This document shows positions 48,552 to 61,260 of a stretch of DNA of 64,000 nt, piece after piece. The notes beneath the pieces are model-generated. The model was not told where the DNA came from. It searched no databases and saw only the letters and a program-made list of their open reading frames with translations. The DNA is from Phoronis australis (lineage: Eukaryota; Animalia; Phoronida): NCBI GenBank assembly GCA_002633005.1, contig NMRA01000599.1, positions 191,357 to 255,356 on the forward strand, given 5' to 3'. Position 1 is the first letter of the stretch; each line of letters opens with the position of its first letter. The translations under genes were made by a program, and so were the position numbers.

Positions 48552-50561
48552 ATGCTAACGATTAAGGTTGTAGGACTTTATCTGTGCCTTGTGGTGACGG
48601 TCAGCTTGATTGCTACTTCATTAGGGATGAGCGAGTACCATCTGGTGTTGGTGAAAGAAAGTATGGACACTTATAGTCATGAAAATGTCCACTCAATGCG
48701 TCATAGGAGGCAGGCTGAAAAAGAACCCATTCCCAAACCGTCGATCACCAAACTTCATGCAACAAGCAACATCAAATCTAGATTTGCCACAACTGTCGTA
48801 ACCACCGAGATGGAAAATAAGCTGCAGACAACAAATGTTGAGGCGGCATTTTATGTCCAGTTTCCGGAAAATGCGTTTATATCCAATTTCACGATGGAAG
48901 TTGGTGGTCAACTTTTTGTTGGTGTTGTGAAGGAAAAGAAAGCAGCCCAAGACATCTACGATAAAGCACGTGCTAGAAATGAGACGGCTGGGATTGTGAA
49001 GTCCTACCAGAGCCCTACTCTGGAGCCTGGAATGGACATGTTTTCAATCACAACAACAATCTCTGCCAATTCTTCTGCTTCGTTTGAGCTCACTTATCAA
49101 CAACTGCTCGAGTTCAAGTTTTACTACACTCATTATCTTTATGTTGATCCCATGCAAGCCGTTCCGGATTTCAAACTGAATGTTAAAGTCGACGAGCCTC
49201 AGGGCATAAAGGAACTGAGTGTAACGGGAATCGACGGGAATTCATTGCCCGTTGTAAATGGTGGTAAAAATATGGCTACGGTCGACTACAGTCCCAATTC
49301 AGCCTCTCAGGGATCAGGCATTAAGGGACTGGTCAAAGTAAAATATAACGTTAAACACTCATGCAACGCCGGTGTATTCAAAACATGCAGCTCGTTTTTT
49401 GTACATTACTTCTCTACTCCGAAAGACGACTGCTCCTTGGCAGTTTTGAATCGCAAGGTTTACTTTGTTATTGATATAAGTGGTTCCATGTCCGGAGACA
49501 AAATGACCAAGACGCGGTCTGCCATGGATATCATTTTAAAGCTTTTGAGACCTGCGGACCAATTCGGTATTGTGTTATTCGATGATGAAATTGTTGAGTG
49601 GAGATCTGGGCTCTATAGCGCCTTGGCTGACAACATTGAGAATGCCCGGTATTACTGCAGTACCAACCTGAAGGCACGCGGAGGCACCAATGTTTATGAA
49701 GGTCTACAGCGAGCTCTCCAACTTCTAAGCCCCGCAGTATCTACGAATGACAAGCTAGCACCGTATGTGATTCTGTTAACTGATGGTCAGCCCACCGCAG
49801 GTAAGTTCACTTCACCCATCGACATACAGCGTGAGATTAAGAAGCTGAATGTAAAGAAGATACCTATTTATTCCATTGCATTTGGCGCTGGGGCTGACTT
49901 CAACTTTCTCAACGCACTGTCGCATGAAAACGGAGGCTATGCGATCAAAATATTTGACGGCAGTTACGATCGTCAGGACATGTCTCAACAACTCCAGTTT
50001 TTCTACAGTCGTATTGCCTCGCCTGTCCTAAAAAATGTGAACATTGTGTACCCAAAAACTGCGGTTTCCAGCAACGAGGTTAGTTATTCCGAAGTATTCC
50101 AATATTTTGACGGCTCCGAAGTTGTAATTGTGGGAAAACTCCTTCCCAGTGCACCACAAGATTTTGAAGTAAAGGTTGTGGCTTTGTCCACGTCTGGACA
50201 GAAGGAGTATACCACGTCTGTGACCAGTGCGTCATACGGTGACTGTGATTTGGTGGAGCGCGTCTACGCATACAAATGGATTAAGACATTGCTACTGAGA
50301 GCATCAATGGAAGAAGATGAAGTGAAGAAAAAGACTTTGCAGAGCGAAGCCTTGACAATGTCGCTTAAGTATAATTTTGTGACACCCCTTACCTCCATGG
50401 TTGTGGTTCAGAGTAATTCGCAAACACAGCGAGGACTAAGAGTTATGGAGAGACGCCGTCATAAGGTCAAAACTGCATGGAGCTTGGCTGGTGGCCTTCA
50501 TGCTTCCAGATTGGTAGTAATGGGATTTTCTGTTGTTTCGTTGCTTTACCATAAATTGTAG
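48552..50561 (+). CDS. Inter-alpha-trypsin inhibitor heavy chain-like (VIT + vWA) protein, 669 aa, intronless CDS
   Basis: Signal peptide MLTIKVVGLYLCLVVTVSLIATSLG; furin site RHRR; VIT (SRFATTVV...PENAFISNFTM...VKEK..A..IY..A...G.V...FELTYQQLL); vWA MIDAS DISGS, GGTN, LTDG; ITIH SLKYNFVTPLTSMVV motif. Confidence 0.92.
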   Translation: MLTIKVVGLYLCLVVTVSLIATSLGMSEYHLVLVKESMDTYSHENVHSMRHRRQAEKEPIPKPSITKLHATSNIKSRFATTVVTTEMENKLQTTNVEAAFYVQFPENAFISNFTMEVGGQLFVGVVKEKKAAQDIYDKARARNETAGIVKSYQSPTLEPGMDMFSITTTISANSSASFELTYQQLLEFKFYYTHYLYVDPMQAVPDFKLNVKVDEPQGIKELSVTGIDGNSLPVVNGGKNMATVDYSPNSASQGSGIKGLVKVKYNVKHSCNAGVFKTCSSFFVHYFSTPKDDCSLAVLNRKVYFVIDISGSMSGDKMTKTRSAMDIILKLLRPADQFGIVLFDDEIVEWRSGLYSALADNIENARYYCSTNLKARGGTNVYEGLQRALQLLSPAVSTNDKLAPYVILLTDGQPTAGKFTSPIDIQREIKKLNVKKIPIYSIAFGAGADFNFLNALSHENGGYAIKIFDGSYDRQDMSQQLQFFYSRIASPVLKNVNIVYPKTAVSSNEVSYSEVFQYFDGSEVVIVGKLLPSAPQDFEVKVVALSTSGQKEYTTSVTSASYGDCDLVERVYAYKWIKTLLLRASMEEDEVKKKTLQSEALTMSLKYNFVTPLTSMVVVQSNSQTQRGLRVMERRRHKVKTAWSLAGGLHASRLVVMGFSVVSLLYHKL

Positions 50562-50602
50562 GGCCTTAAGTAAAAACTTGAGTAACAATATCTGTTCTAA
50601 GN

Positions 50603-51771
50603 CGCCACTGAGTTAAGTAATAAGTGTATTTCGTCTTCAATTTCTGAACGGTTGCAAATTTCGCAAAGTCTATCTTCCTTTGGAATGTCATGGTGCCAAC
50701 CAGTTTCTATTTTCAGTTGGTGTCCAGAGCACCAGAATTTGGCTAGAATTCTACGTAGAGTTGGTGGTAGACTGTAAAGATATTCTTCACAAGATAAATT
50801 TGTTTTGAAAACAGAGTAAAATGAGCACTTGCTAGAGCTCTGCACTGATGTCCTCCATTCTTGGGCAGCACAATCCAACAATCTTTGCTTAAATTCTGAT
50901 ATAAATAAATGAATGTTACCCCGTCCACTTATCCATACCTCCCCAAACCCGTATCTGAATAAAATATCTTTTACTGCACTGGCCCAATTTGCTCGTCTTC
51001 CCGCAGCATCCTGTAACTTTTCTTTGGGTATCTGGGGCTATTCATCTGTAGAATTTTGGTCCAGTAGATTTCGGGTCTGCACAAAGTATTTCACAGATAA
51101 TAAATGCCTGCCGTATTCTCCTCTGTGAAGACAACTGTACAAAGCTGGAGCCAGTTATCAATCTTTTGGAGAGGAAAATGTGTTTTACGACGAGTATTAC
51201 AGTGCGACAGTGAGACCGTGGAGACCCAGGCAGGTGAAATCCATTTTGATGATGACCTTGATACCCAATGTGCTGTTGTTAGGGTCGAGACATCAGGGAG
51301 GCAACTTAGGCTGAAGGGCAAAATTGATACTGGGGCCCAAGTTAATCTCTTGAATACTGCCACATATAAGAAGCTGTACGGGGCCGATGCAGTCAAAAAA
51401 CTCCGGAAATCCGCTGTCAAACTGATTGGTTATGGTGGTAAAAGTTTCACCAATCATGGCAAGTTTTGAATAGGTCGTGTGTGCTCCACAACGTCGTTGG
51501 ACATAGGGTACCCTCTTTGTCTCAGATTTTGGAAATATTCTATTCTCGTTGAGGTTCTACAAAGCAATGAACATAGTGAAAACACTTTGCAATGAGCCCG
51601 GTACTTGCAAAGATTGTAACGGTGACTTCGACATCAGTGAAGTCAAGTCAGGAAAAGAGAATTGTGTCAAACGAGATGGACCGATCAGAGTCATCTCCAC
51701 AAAGCAGGTTATTGAAGACGCCAAGGATGTTTTTACAGGAGTTGGGAAACTGAAGGACTATAAGTATAAAA
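50603..51771. mobile_element. Second copy of the LINE-in-Gypsy composite (LINE - strand 50603-51123; Gypsy protease and RT start + strand 51124-51771)
   Basis: Highly similar to 36933-37556, plus ~550 bp (51004-51554) missing there, including the aspartic protease motif KIDTGAQVNLL. Confidence 0.9.
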
Positions 51772-52060
51772 GAAGATGAAGTGAAGAAAAAGACTTTGCA
51801 GAGCGAAGCCTTGACAATGTCGCTTAAGTATAATTTTGTGACACCTCTTACCTCCATGGTTGTGGTTCAGAGTAATTCGCAAACACAGCGAGGACTAAGA
51901 GTTATGGAGAGACGCCGTCATAAGGTCAAAACTGCATGGAGCTTGGCTGGTGGCCTTCATGCTTCCAGATTGGTAGTAATGGGATTTTCTGTTGTTTCGT
52001 TGCTTTACCATAAATTGTAGGGCCTTAAGTAAAAACTTGAGTAACAATATCTGTTCTAAG
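51770..52060 (+). repeat. 291-bp duplicate of the ITIH-like 3' end (50311-50601)
   Basis: Identical by eye except one synonymous C/T (50387 vs 51846). Confidence 0.95.
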
Positions 52061-54854
52061 AACATTAACATATTGTGTGTACGGGATGTAGCGATGTTCC
52101 CACGCCCCTGTATTTGAAATCATGTTTTTCCATAAAAGATGTCCAAGTGCTTCGCAGACAGACACATGGGCCTTTGCTCTGCTTATAGGTGCAGGTGCCT
52201 ATCGCCTGTATGCACATGTCTGAGGTTGTCCATTCCTTGATTAGAAATAGCTGCTTAATTTAGTACTTGTCAACTACCATCTTTTGATTAGATAAGTTTC
52301 AGTCACATGCTATTTTAGGAAGTTGTGCTCAAATGTTTCGCATGTGAAGGTGCATGCGCCTAATGCCGGGTATAGGAACAGCTTAACATATGGGCGCATT
52401 GGCCTAAGTATGCGAAGGTTATAGCTAACCCGGAATGTGGAAACATCTCTGTTACCGCACTGGTGAATGAATAAACCAATTTTCTTAATCCAGTCGTCAC
52501 TCAGTGGCTTAGATGAAATCTTTTTGTCACATCCAAGTCCAAACTGGCCATCTAGACACTGTAGGCTGATCTACTGATGCGAGTTATTTTTGCCACCACC
52601 TAGTACGGAGTCCCTTCTGTTGTTGGGCAACCCTGTAGGTAAATCCTCGTTGTTGCGTACCAGATCTAATGTAATGGACTCTCCTAAATACTTTTTCCTC
52701 CTTTGAAATAGTACTACGTGTTTGTGGAAGTAGCATTTGTCACATGGGCCTATATGGCAGGATACTTTATGATTTATCAGAGAAAAAATTTAAATTATAC
52801 ATTAACAGACGATTGAACTTTTTTTCCGGAAGTGATTCTGTTATGTAGTGTGTTGTTAGTTTCTGTGTACCGGTAATGTGGCCGTATTAATGTCCTTACT
52901 TAAAATTTTGTGACTTTCTTAGATATTCAAGTGTTTCACTTTGATTAATAAACGAGGTTTCATCATATACGCAGATGGTAATGTAGGAAATGCATGCCGT
53001 TTATCTGCCTCATGCGCCAGTAGATTTACAAACACGTATATTATTGGGCCGGTTTAAACACAAATTGTTTAAATTGAGAAACTGAAAAATTTGCGAGAAA
53101 GAATTGAACCGACCACTGGCGTTAGAAATCAAAGTGACCGATTCACGTTTACCACAAGGAACTGAGTTACACTTTCGGGATTTGGCGCAGTTTTAATGTA
53201 TCGTTGACTTTTCAAATTTTATATTTGCATTTTTGTCTTCGTCTGCAAAAAATTGTGGTTAGCGAGTTATTTTTTCAGAGTCTAATGAGACGCCATCGTA
53301 ATAAAGACAATGCAATTAATAAGTTGGGGTTGGTTTTGTAACCGATCATAGGTCATTAAATTTCGTGTGAACGGGTATCTGAATGTGAGAGCTATCCTTC
53401 AGCAATTAGATGGTTATTATTCTTCAATTGTGATTCTGTAGTATTTTGAATGTATTGTACCATATTTTGTGACAGCCTGTGCGTGTTTGTGTGAAATAAT
53501 TGTTAAGTTCCAAGATTAAAAATAATTGCAAAGCTTAGACTTAGCGGGTAGCGCTATATAAAAACTGAATATATCGTTGTCATTTTTATTGTTGTCACAA
53601 ACTTGCAGTTTAATAGTTTAATTTACAGGAAAAATGCGTTTTATTTCAACTGTGTTGCGATGAGATATGTTTATTAATAAATTACACCAAACTCAGTGTT
53701 CAGAATTCACTCACTGCTCTATCGAATCATCTGTCTTGTAATTTTAAAGGCAAAACCAGCACGCTCATAAATAGATGTCATTTTGGATGTCACTGTATGT
53801 TGAAGTTTATAATTTTTCAGGCAGTGTGATAGTCATTAGCTTACTATTTCTAATCAAAGTATTGAAACGAAAATTGCCACGTGATCTACTGCGTCACAAA
53901 AAGATGACTTCGTAGTCGGTGGCTAGTGTGCTGACTGTAGAAGTTCGTTGTGTGAAATACACTCATCCGAACGCGTTCCGTGGTTCTTCATATTCGTACT
54001 CTTCAAGGCTTGTTCCATCCACATATCAAGCATATTTCTCCAAAATGTTCTTACAAGGCTATCTGATGCAAGATCATTTGATACAATATTCGTCAAATTC
54101 CATATGACGCCGTGTACGTGTACATTCCTACAGTGTACCACTAAAAAGATCTTTTGGCTTAGGCACAGATGTCCCGCTTTTTATGCTGAAGCCACTGTTA
54201 CGTTTTTCAGTCTTTCCCGTTTTTAGTCCTTAATTGTTGAGACCGTGACAACTATGCTACAGGTGTTCAAGATGACATTGTCTCTTTTTATGAATATTGT
54301 TATTTTCCACTTTCTTTATTAACACAACAATCCATTACGGTATCATACACTACATGTATCGGAATTGCTAATGTGCTAAATATAAATGTTTACTTTATGA
54401 AGAAAAAAGTTTTATGGAAATTCCTACACTGCAATCAATGTGATTAGCTATCCACAGTACATTTCAAGGCAACGTGATGGATGTTTGCCCATTGTTATCT
54501 ATCAGAAAACCTTTATTTTGCAAATTTCGGATAGATACTTGGAGTAGTTTAAAGCATTTTTTTTCGTAAATGTCACTGCATTCTGCATCTGAAGAATCTA
54601 ATTGAATCAAAACGGCACCAAGGGTCCAATTAATTAAAATATAGTAATATGTATACTTTTGGATGAATGCCTGACTAAATCATCCACAGCACGTGTGAGG
54701 GACCCATATTCTAAAACCTGTGTCTTTATACCGCGGTAGAAATCTTTTGAATCATTGATATTATTTCCCTACTGGCTTAACTAGTCTTTTATGTAACATC
54801 TCTGGTTCATTTTCTATTACACCCTGTTATTTTTCGCATTTTGGTAACACTTGA

Positions 54855-56431
54855 TTTTTATGCGTCCACATATTTATATGCCGTCATCCCCGTTCGTCCG
54901 GCGTCCGTTGCTCCATCTCCAAAGCCCTTTGACGTATGTTCATGAAATTTGGCAACCGTGTTTCTTTCATGGATAAGATGGCATCGTAGATTACAGAAAA
55001 CAGATTCACAACTCCGACATTTTCTTGCGTATTATCCTATAGAAGCCTTTACTCTCCTAAATTATCTGTTGCAGTTTCCGGTTAGTGTATTTTGACGACA
55101 CAACGTCCCACCGTGATTAGCAGACGACGTACTTGCCGGAAATAATCCCAGATAATTTGGCCAGGTGTCGCTAGTGAATAATGATGTCATTGCTTCTGGT
55201 TAAGAGCATAGATTTCGTCCATTGTAAAAATACGGAGTTGGCGATCCATGTACTTATAGTCTATGACGGCATGAACAAGCTTTGGACCCGTCCGACTACT
55301 GGTGTGCCCCCTAATGGTAATTTTAGTTTTTAACGTTTACTTCTGTATCTTCAAATGTCCTCAACGGATTTTCATAAAATGTGACATGTAGGCATCTATT
55401 AGTGAGACGAAAATGTCTTTCAGTTTTCGGATGGAGTCGAGGTATTTTGTGCCACCTAGTGGCCATTTTTACTGTTTTACAGTCTGTTTTTTGGTGTCTG
55501 CCCCTCTATTAACCAAACCGCTCGAAGGATGATTGTGCCGGAAAGTTGGCATGTATGTTCTTACTATGAAGAGGACGGCTGACGATGATTGTCCGACTAC
55601 TTTTGGGCTTAATAGTGGCAGTTTTGTTTTCTTTTGTTTTTTTACCCATAGCTGTATCACCTAAACCGTTTGCAGAATCTTTACTAAATTTAGCAAGTGT
55701 ATTTGTATGATGTTGACAATGGACATCGACGACTTTCGTACGGATATGGATTACTGATGTTCCCTCTAGTGGCAATTTTAGTTTTTAGGTTTACCTCTGT
55801 ATCTTCAAAGGTCCTCAACGGATTTTCAAAAAGATTGAAATACTGACATATGTTGGGAAAATGACGCTATTCTCCGGTTCTCGGGTGGAATCGTGCCACC
55901 TAGTTGCCATTTATGCTGTTTTCGAGTCTGTTTTTGGTGTCCACCCATCTATCAATCAAATCATTCTAAGGATGATTTTGAAAATTGTCGTATATGTTCT
56001 CAGTGTGAAGATTACGGTTGACGATGACGACTTCGACAACTGTGGCGCCTCCTAAAGGTAGTTTTGTTTTGTTTTGTGTCCATAGCTGTATCTCCTAAAT
56101 CCACTGCAGGATCTTTAAATTTAGTAAGTGTATCTATGTGAAGCTATTAACAGACGACGACTTTCAAGTGGATCCAACAAACCCTATCATGTCTCCTAGT
56201 GGCAATTTCAGTTTTCCGTTTTCCTTTGTTTCTCTGAAATTCCTTGACAGATTTTTACGAAATTTGATAAATAGCTTTCTATTTAAAAGTCATGTCATTC
56301 CCCGTTTTCGGATGAATTCGACTTTTTGCGCCATCTAGTGGACATTTGTATGGTACACATAAACAATCCTAGAAGCGCATCGTTTGTGGTGCATCCGTGG
56401 GCGCATTTCAACGCTCCGCGTTGCACTTGTT
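54855..56431 (+). mobile_element. Complete HINE (Helentron-associated non-autonomous element) with ~8 tandem ~150-bp monomers
   Basis: TT start; subterminal IR ATGCGTCCAC / GTGGGCGCAT; GTCC-type microsatellite; 3' hairpin caacgc-tcc-gcgttg; CTTGTT end. This is the DINE-1/HINE architecture. Confidence 0.82.
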
Positions 56432-57099
56432 ATAATTAAAAATATTGTTAAACCAGTCAGGTATGCGAAATGATAATGAATTATAAATACAATAATCTTT
56501 CAGTTTGCTTCTGATAAAATCATCAAGAATTGGCAAAGGGCCTTCTAATGATAGGACTCTTATGCTATTTGATTGAAAAACGGCGGAGTTGCGAAAAGTT
56601 TTAATAACAGTTAATTCCATAGAAAGCACACACACCAAAACAAACGAATGCAAACAAGTCCCACATACCTAGGAATGGTACTGCCAAATCATGTCGAGAA
56701 TTCATTTCATTCGGGAATGGGTCATTCCCAGATCAAATGAACCCGAGATAGGATATCATAGTAGCATTCCTATGTAAGTAGGATAACCTATTTATCCCAT
56801 ATATACATATATATAAACTTCGTTAAAGACACGACTAGTCTTTTTGTTATCGAGCTTGATAATGGCACGTTCGTAATTTCGGAACAGTCTCCTTTATCCT
56901 GGTGTGCAGGTATGAAGTAAAAGGCCGAGAGACATAACAAACAAACAAACAAATAAAAACAGTAGCTAGTTTCGTGACTTCATGTCACATCATCAGGCAA
57001 TGAGTGGAATGAACATATGTAGAGCGAAATAAATAGTGAAATACACGTGACAGCGGGAAGACAGGCATACAAGCAGATAGTGTGAATGCAACAACTACC

Positions 57100-57124
57100 G
57101 TGTGTGTGTGTGTGTGTGTGCGTG
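57100..57124. repeat. (GT)n microsatellite
   Basis: Direct read. Confidence 0.9.
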
Positions 57125-58010
57125 TATCATCACGGCAATATCTCGTTGCCGTGTGCTTCGGCTTGTTGTTATGTTATGTCATATATATGCCAAGCACGCA
57201 CAGGTGTTGAAAAACCAGGAAAGTTTTATTTTACTAGAATTTTCAGTTTTTGAAATGTACAAGATAAACCACTGCACCATTCAATAATGTCGAAATTTTA
57301 TCGGAAACTTAGAAACAATCCATCCGGGAATATAAAAATTGAAACATTCCCTTAACACGGTTAAGTAGCAGTGCGTCGTCAAGTTTAGCTTGGATGAAGT
57401 TCTGAGATTTCTTGGTCATCTGTTTTCTTTCTTATCTCCTGGGCTGTAAATAGTTATAGATATATTTCCCCGTTTTGATCACAACACTGGAAAATAACAG
57501 TGAAAATAGTGCTGATTTGCTGAACATAAGGTAAGGACAAAAGTAGACTTTACGCTACCAGCGATGGAGACTTGAGGAACGCTACCAGCAGACGATTTCG
57601 CCAATAAAAAACACATACTCGATATTAGGTCACAATTTCCTGTAAACACCGTAAAGCTCTCTGTGTAGATATACTGTATGCATCCATTCATTGGATTTGG
57701 ATTCGATTTTTCGCTGAATTAGTTGGCCGGGGACGCTATTTAGCTTGACCTACTTATGATGACCCAGATTGAAACTAACGAGATAGCCGCCTGAACACAC
57801 ATTCATTGGTAAATATTTTCTGATTTAGAACATTAAAACTGCTTTTTTCAGCAACGACGCCTTGGATTAATAATTTAGGTAAACCGTGCAAAGGAACGAG
57901 CTCAATCATATTTGGCGTTGTAAATGCGAATAAACTTTTTTAACATTACCTTGATATAGAGGAAATCCAGAGCGAGACTAACACTTTAAACTACTTCCTT
58001 TAACAGTCAT

Positions 58011-59425
58011 AGACCCTATTCACGCCGACAGGAGGCGCATTCCAAAACGAGGCTCGCTACGATAGCTCTGTTAGCTTATCGGCATAGTTCTGTGTTTCAG
58101 ACCGTGTTGTTCCGCGAACGGCTAGAAAAGATACGGACACCCAACTGTCTGCTTCACAATCTCTTAAGACGTTGAGATTCGGAAGCGTTGGGTCGTTGCC
58201 GCGACGAAGCAAAATATGTCCGTGTAAAATTTATAAATGTTTTCGAAAAGTTAGATCATATTTTGTCGCATGTCGGTCAGTTGTTAANNNNNNNNNNNNN
58301 NNNNNNNNNNNNNNNNNNNNNNNNNNNNNNNNNNNNNNNNNNNNNNNNNNNNNNNNNNNNNNNNNNNNNNNNNNNNNNNNNNNNNNNNNNNNNNNNNNNN
58401 NNNNNNNNNNNNNNNNNNNNNNNNNNNNNNNNNNNNNNNNNNNNNNNNNNNNNNNNNNNNNNNNNNNNNNNNNNNNNNNNNNNNNNNNNNNNNNNNNNNN
58501 NNNNNNNNNNNNNNNNNNNNNNNNNNNNNNNNNNNNNNNNNNNNNNNNNNNNNNNNNNNNNNNNNNNNNNNNNNNNNNNNNNNNNNNNNNNNNNNNNNNN
58601 NNNNNNNNNNNNNNNNNNNNNNNNNNNNNNNNNNNNNNNNNNNNNNNNNNNNNNNNNNNNNNNNNNNNNNNNNNNNNNNNNNNNNNNNNNNNNNNTATGT
58701 TTTGGACGAACGAATTAGGTGTTTTAATTTTAAATTTCAACTTGGTCCAGATTGATATTTGAAATCTAACACATGAAATAGACGTAAGAATTATTACAAC
58801 CAAGAAAGCATTCATGGTCAAATAATTTTTATTTTCAATTACGAGCCTGGTTTTTTATTTTAATAAAAATATATTTAATAACATCAATTATTCTTTCAGA
58901 CCAATGACAAATCAACTGTTAGTCCCAGTGAGTGCATAGGATCAGGCTATGCTTGATGTTAATATTCTTGATCAACAAATTAAACCAGATATGACTAATT
59001 GCACATGACAGACACCACTGTCGAACATGTCTTCAACTCGTCAACAATACGAGCAGATGACCTGGTCCGCATAGAAAGTATTTTGATCAACAATTTACAA
59101 GAAAAAACATAACCCTGCATTCAGCATAATACCTAATCCGTAACACTACGATCGCCGCAATTTGGTCATATTTACTTTTCATGTTTCGAACTTAGTTTTC
59201 CGAAGAAAATTAAACCCTTTCGTCAGACAACTCTTTGGCGCCTTAACTTGTTCTCTAATGTAATTTTCTACGTCTCTGTGGTTAATTGTCGACACATCAT
59301 TAAAATTTAATATCCAGGTTGGACTCGAAAGACCGGGTAGTTAACTCACGCAATGTCTACTTTCGCTTTGTTTATCGCAGTGAGCCTCGCTTTGGATCTT
59401 AATGGCTGCCGCGTGAATAGGGTCT
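58011..59425. mobile_element. ISL2EU/Harbinger-like non-autonomous DNA transposon with THAP relic
   Basis: TIR AGACCCTATTCACGC / GCGTGAATAGGGTCT with AT on both sides; extended subterminal match ccaaaacgaggctcgctacgata; internal CSANG*...F...DVEIRKRWVVA THAP-like relic; spans an N gap. Confidence 0.7.
58288..58695. other. Assembly gap (N run)
   Basis: Direct read. Confidence 1.
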
Positions 59426-59749
59426 ATACAGCCTCCTCTGTGCTGGCTGATCGTGACCTTACTCTTGACGTTCTAAACATACATGCAACATTTAGCTTTC
59501 TGGAATCTTACTAAAGTCTTCACAGTCATCAGAGAAGACCCATCTGTCCAAAGGGTAAAAGTGGCCTACTCCAGTGAAAGTTACATAACTTCGTTAAGAA
59601 GTGAACAGTTTTACAGACTGCATAAACATTATTGTTAATTGTTGTTGAGCTGTCAGCTGATCAGGCATTGTAACACTACATAGTCTATTTCATTGGATTT
59701 TTGTTTCCCAAGAAGAATTCAAAGATACCAATGATTGGTAAGACTTGGC

Positions 59750-60855
59750 GTAATTATGGTTAAAACATTTAGTAGCGTCAGTTTGTTTGTAAATTCTGTA
59801 GATTATTTCGTCAGTCTATCATTGATTCAATTGTTTGGAACCTGACGAAGATGGTGTTTTACTGATTTACTCATGTTTTCCACCAATCCACAGTGGTCTC
59901 TTGTTCTTTATATCTGGACAGTTTAAAAACCTTGAACTAAGATATTAATATCAGGAAGAGATAACCAGGCTATCTTTTACACACCTGAAGCACAAGGTGG
60001 ATCATTTTTTCTTCCTTGCCTATCTCCTGCCTGATTACCCTGCAAACAGACTTTGACATACTTGATAGTGCTGTTGTCATAGGCCCTGACCAAAGTTCTA
60101 GTGGAAAACTATATGGCCAACAAGAGGTGTAATCACTGTTATGAGCCAAATGTACATTCTAATATGCTGATAAAAATAATTTGACACTAATATTACACTG
60201 TATCATCCAATCATAATAGGGCCACTGAAGTTTGCTTGAAACATGCAACTGTCCACAATTGATTTACTGAGTCAGTCATGTTCAAGGAAATTGAAGTGTA
60301 TACACAGGTGATTGTCCTTGATGTGCCTAATGACTCTCCACACGTATTCTCAAACTGGCTATTTGTTACATTTTTCTTGTTTCCTCTGAAATGGAGGGAT
60401 GAGCAGTTTTGAGCCCTTATCACCGGGTATCTTATTAATTAAAAATCTTATCAGCCATCACACTGCCCCCTAGTTCTAGTAAGTCATTTTAGTAATAGCT
60501 TCATCTGATATTGAGCCAGTCTACAGTTACGATACAAATGCCATTGAGCTATGCGAAGCTATATCCAACTTAGGGGTTTTAAACGCTGTGAAGAACATTT
60601 TGAATTTGCGACCAGTGAGCTTGGCTGTAGATGACCCCAGGTCAATATTTCCCTACTTACTGTTGGTACCGAGCAATTGCAACGCTCTGGCAAATTTTGC
60701 TCCAGCAATCTTAATTTAAAGCTACAAAAAAACGAAAAGTTCATCAAGGGGACTAATACGCCCAGGCCTGCCAACTCTGCTAATATGCCCCGGAACTTCC
60801 AATACAGCAAGTTATTACATACTTTTCATATATACATATACATATACATATACAT

Positions 60856-60914
<59 letters not shown>

Positions 60915-61260
60915 TTCGTGTCTATGTGATTAAAGCGAACTTTTCAGATCCAGAACAGTTTGTGTAAAAACTATGAAAGTCAGGGGTTACACCAGAAGTA
61001 TAGTTTTCATCATTGCATGACATTTTGTTTTGCTGTGAAATGATTCATTCATCAACTTGAGGGTGTATGTGTGTCACCCTACAGTTTTCTGTAATATTAA
61101 GCAAATCTATGATTGTCTGACAACTCGATCAGTCTCTGAAGTCACGGTTTTTAGGACTGCATTTGTAGAACATTCAAGGTTTCTCATTTTCTTTAAATTC
61201 CAGAAAATATTTATTTAAAACAAGGCTTTACTTTGTGGAAGTTCAAAGTGATACTAGGAA
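59750..61260 (-). pseudogene. Decayed LRR + hinge + 7TM region (LGR/GRL101-like), probable former continuation of the LRR gene
   Basis: Stop-ridden pieces in the expected order: NIFWNLKKMRNLECSTN; NNLLYWKFRGILAELAGLGVLVPLMN; LHFRGN...QFEN...ITC; IRMYIWLITVITPLVGH (TM1-like, ~60163); MIHL...GYLFLILIS (TM2-like); ...W...; TN*RY (TM3-like). Confidence 0.4.
60829..60913. repeat. Compound (CATATA)n/(CA)n/(TA)n microsatellite
   Basis: Direct read. Confidence 0.92.

Noticed and set aside
51781-52020. Independent 79-aa gene
   Set aside because: A copy of the ITIH C-terminus with a GTG pseudo-start, explained by the duplication or haplotype junction.
53880-54240. Possible Harbinger DDE fragment (VDGT motif on the minus strand)
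   Set aside because: Four-residue match among stops; no TIRs identified.
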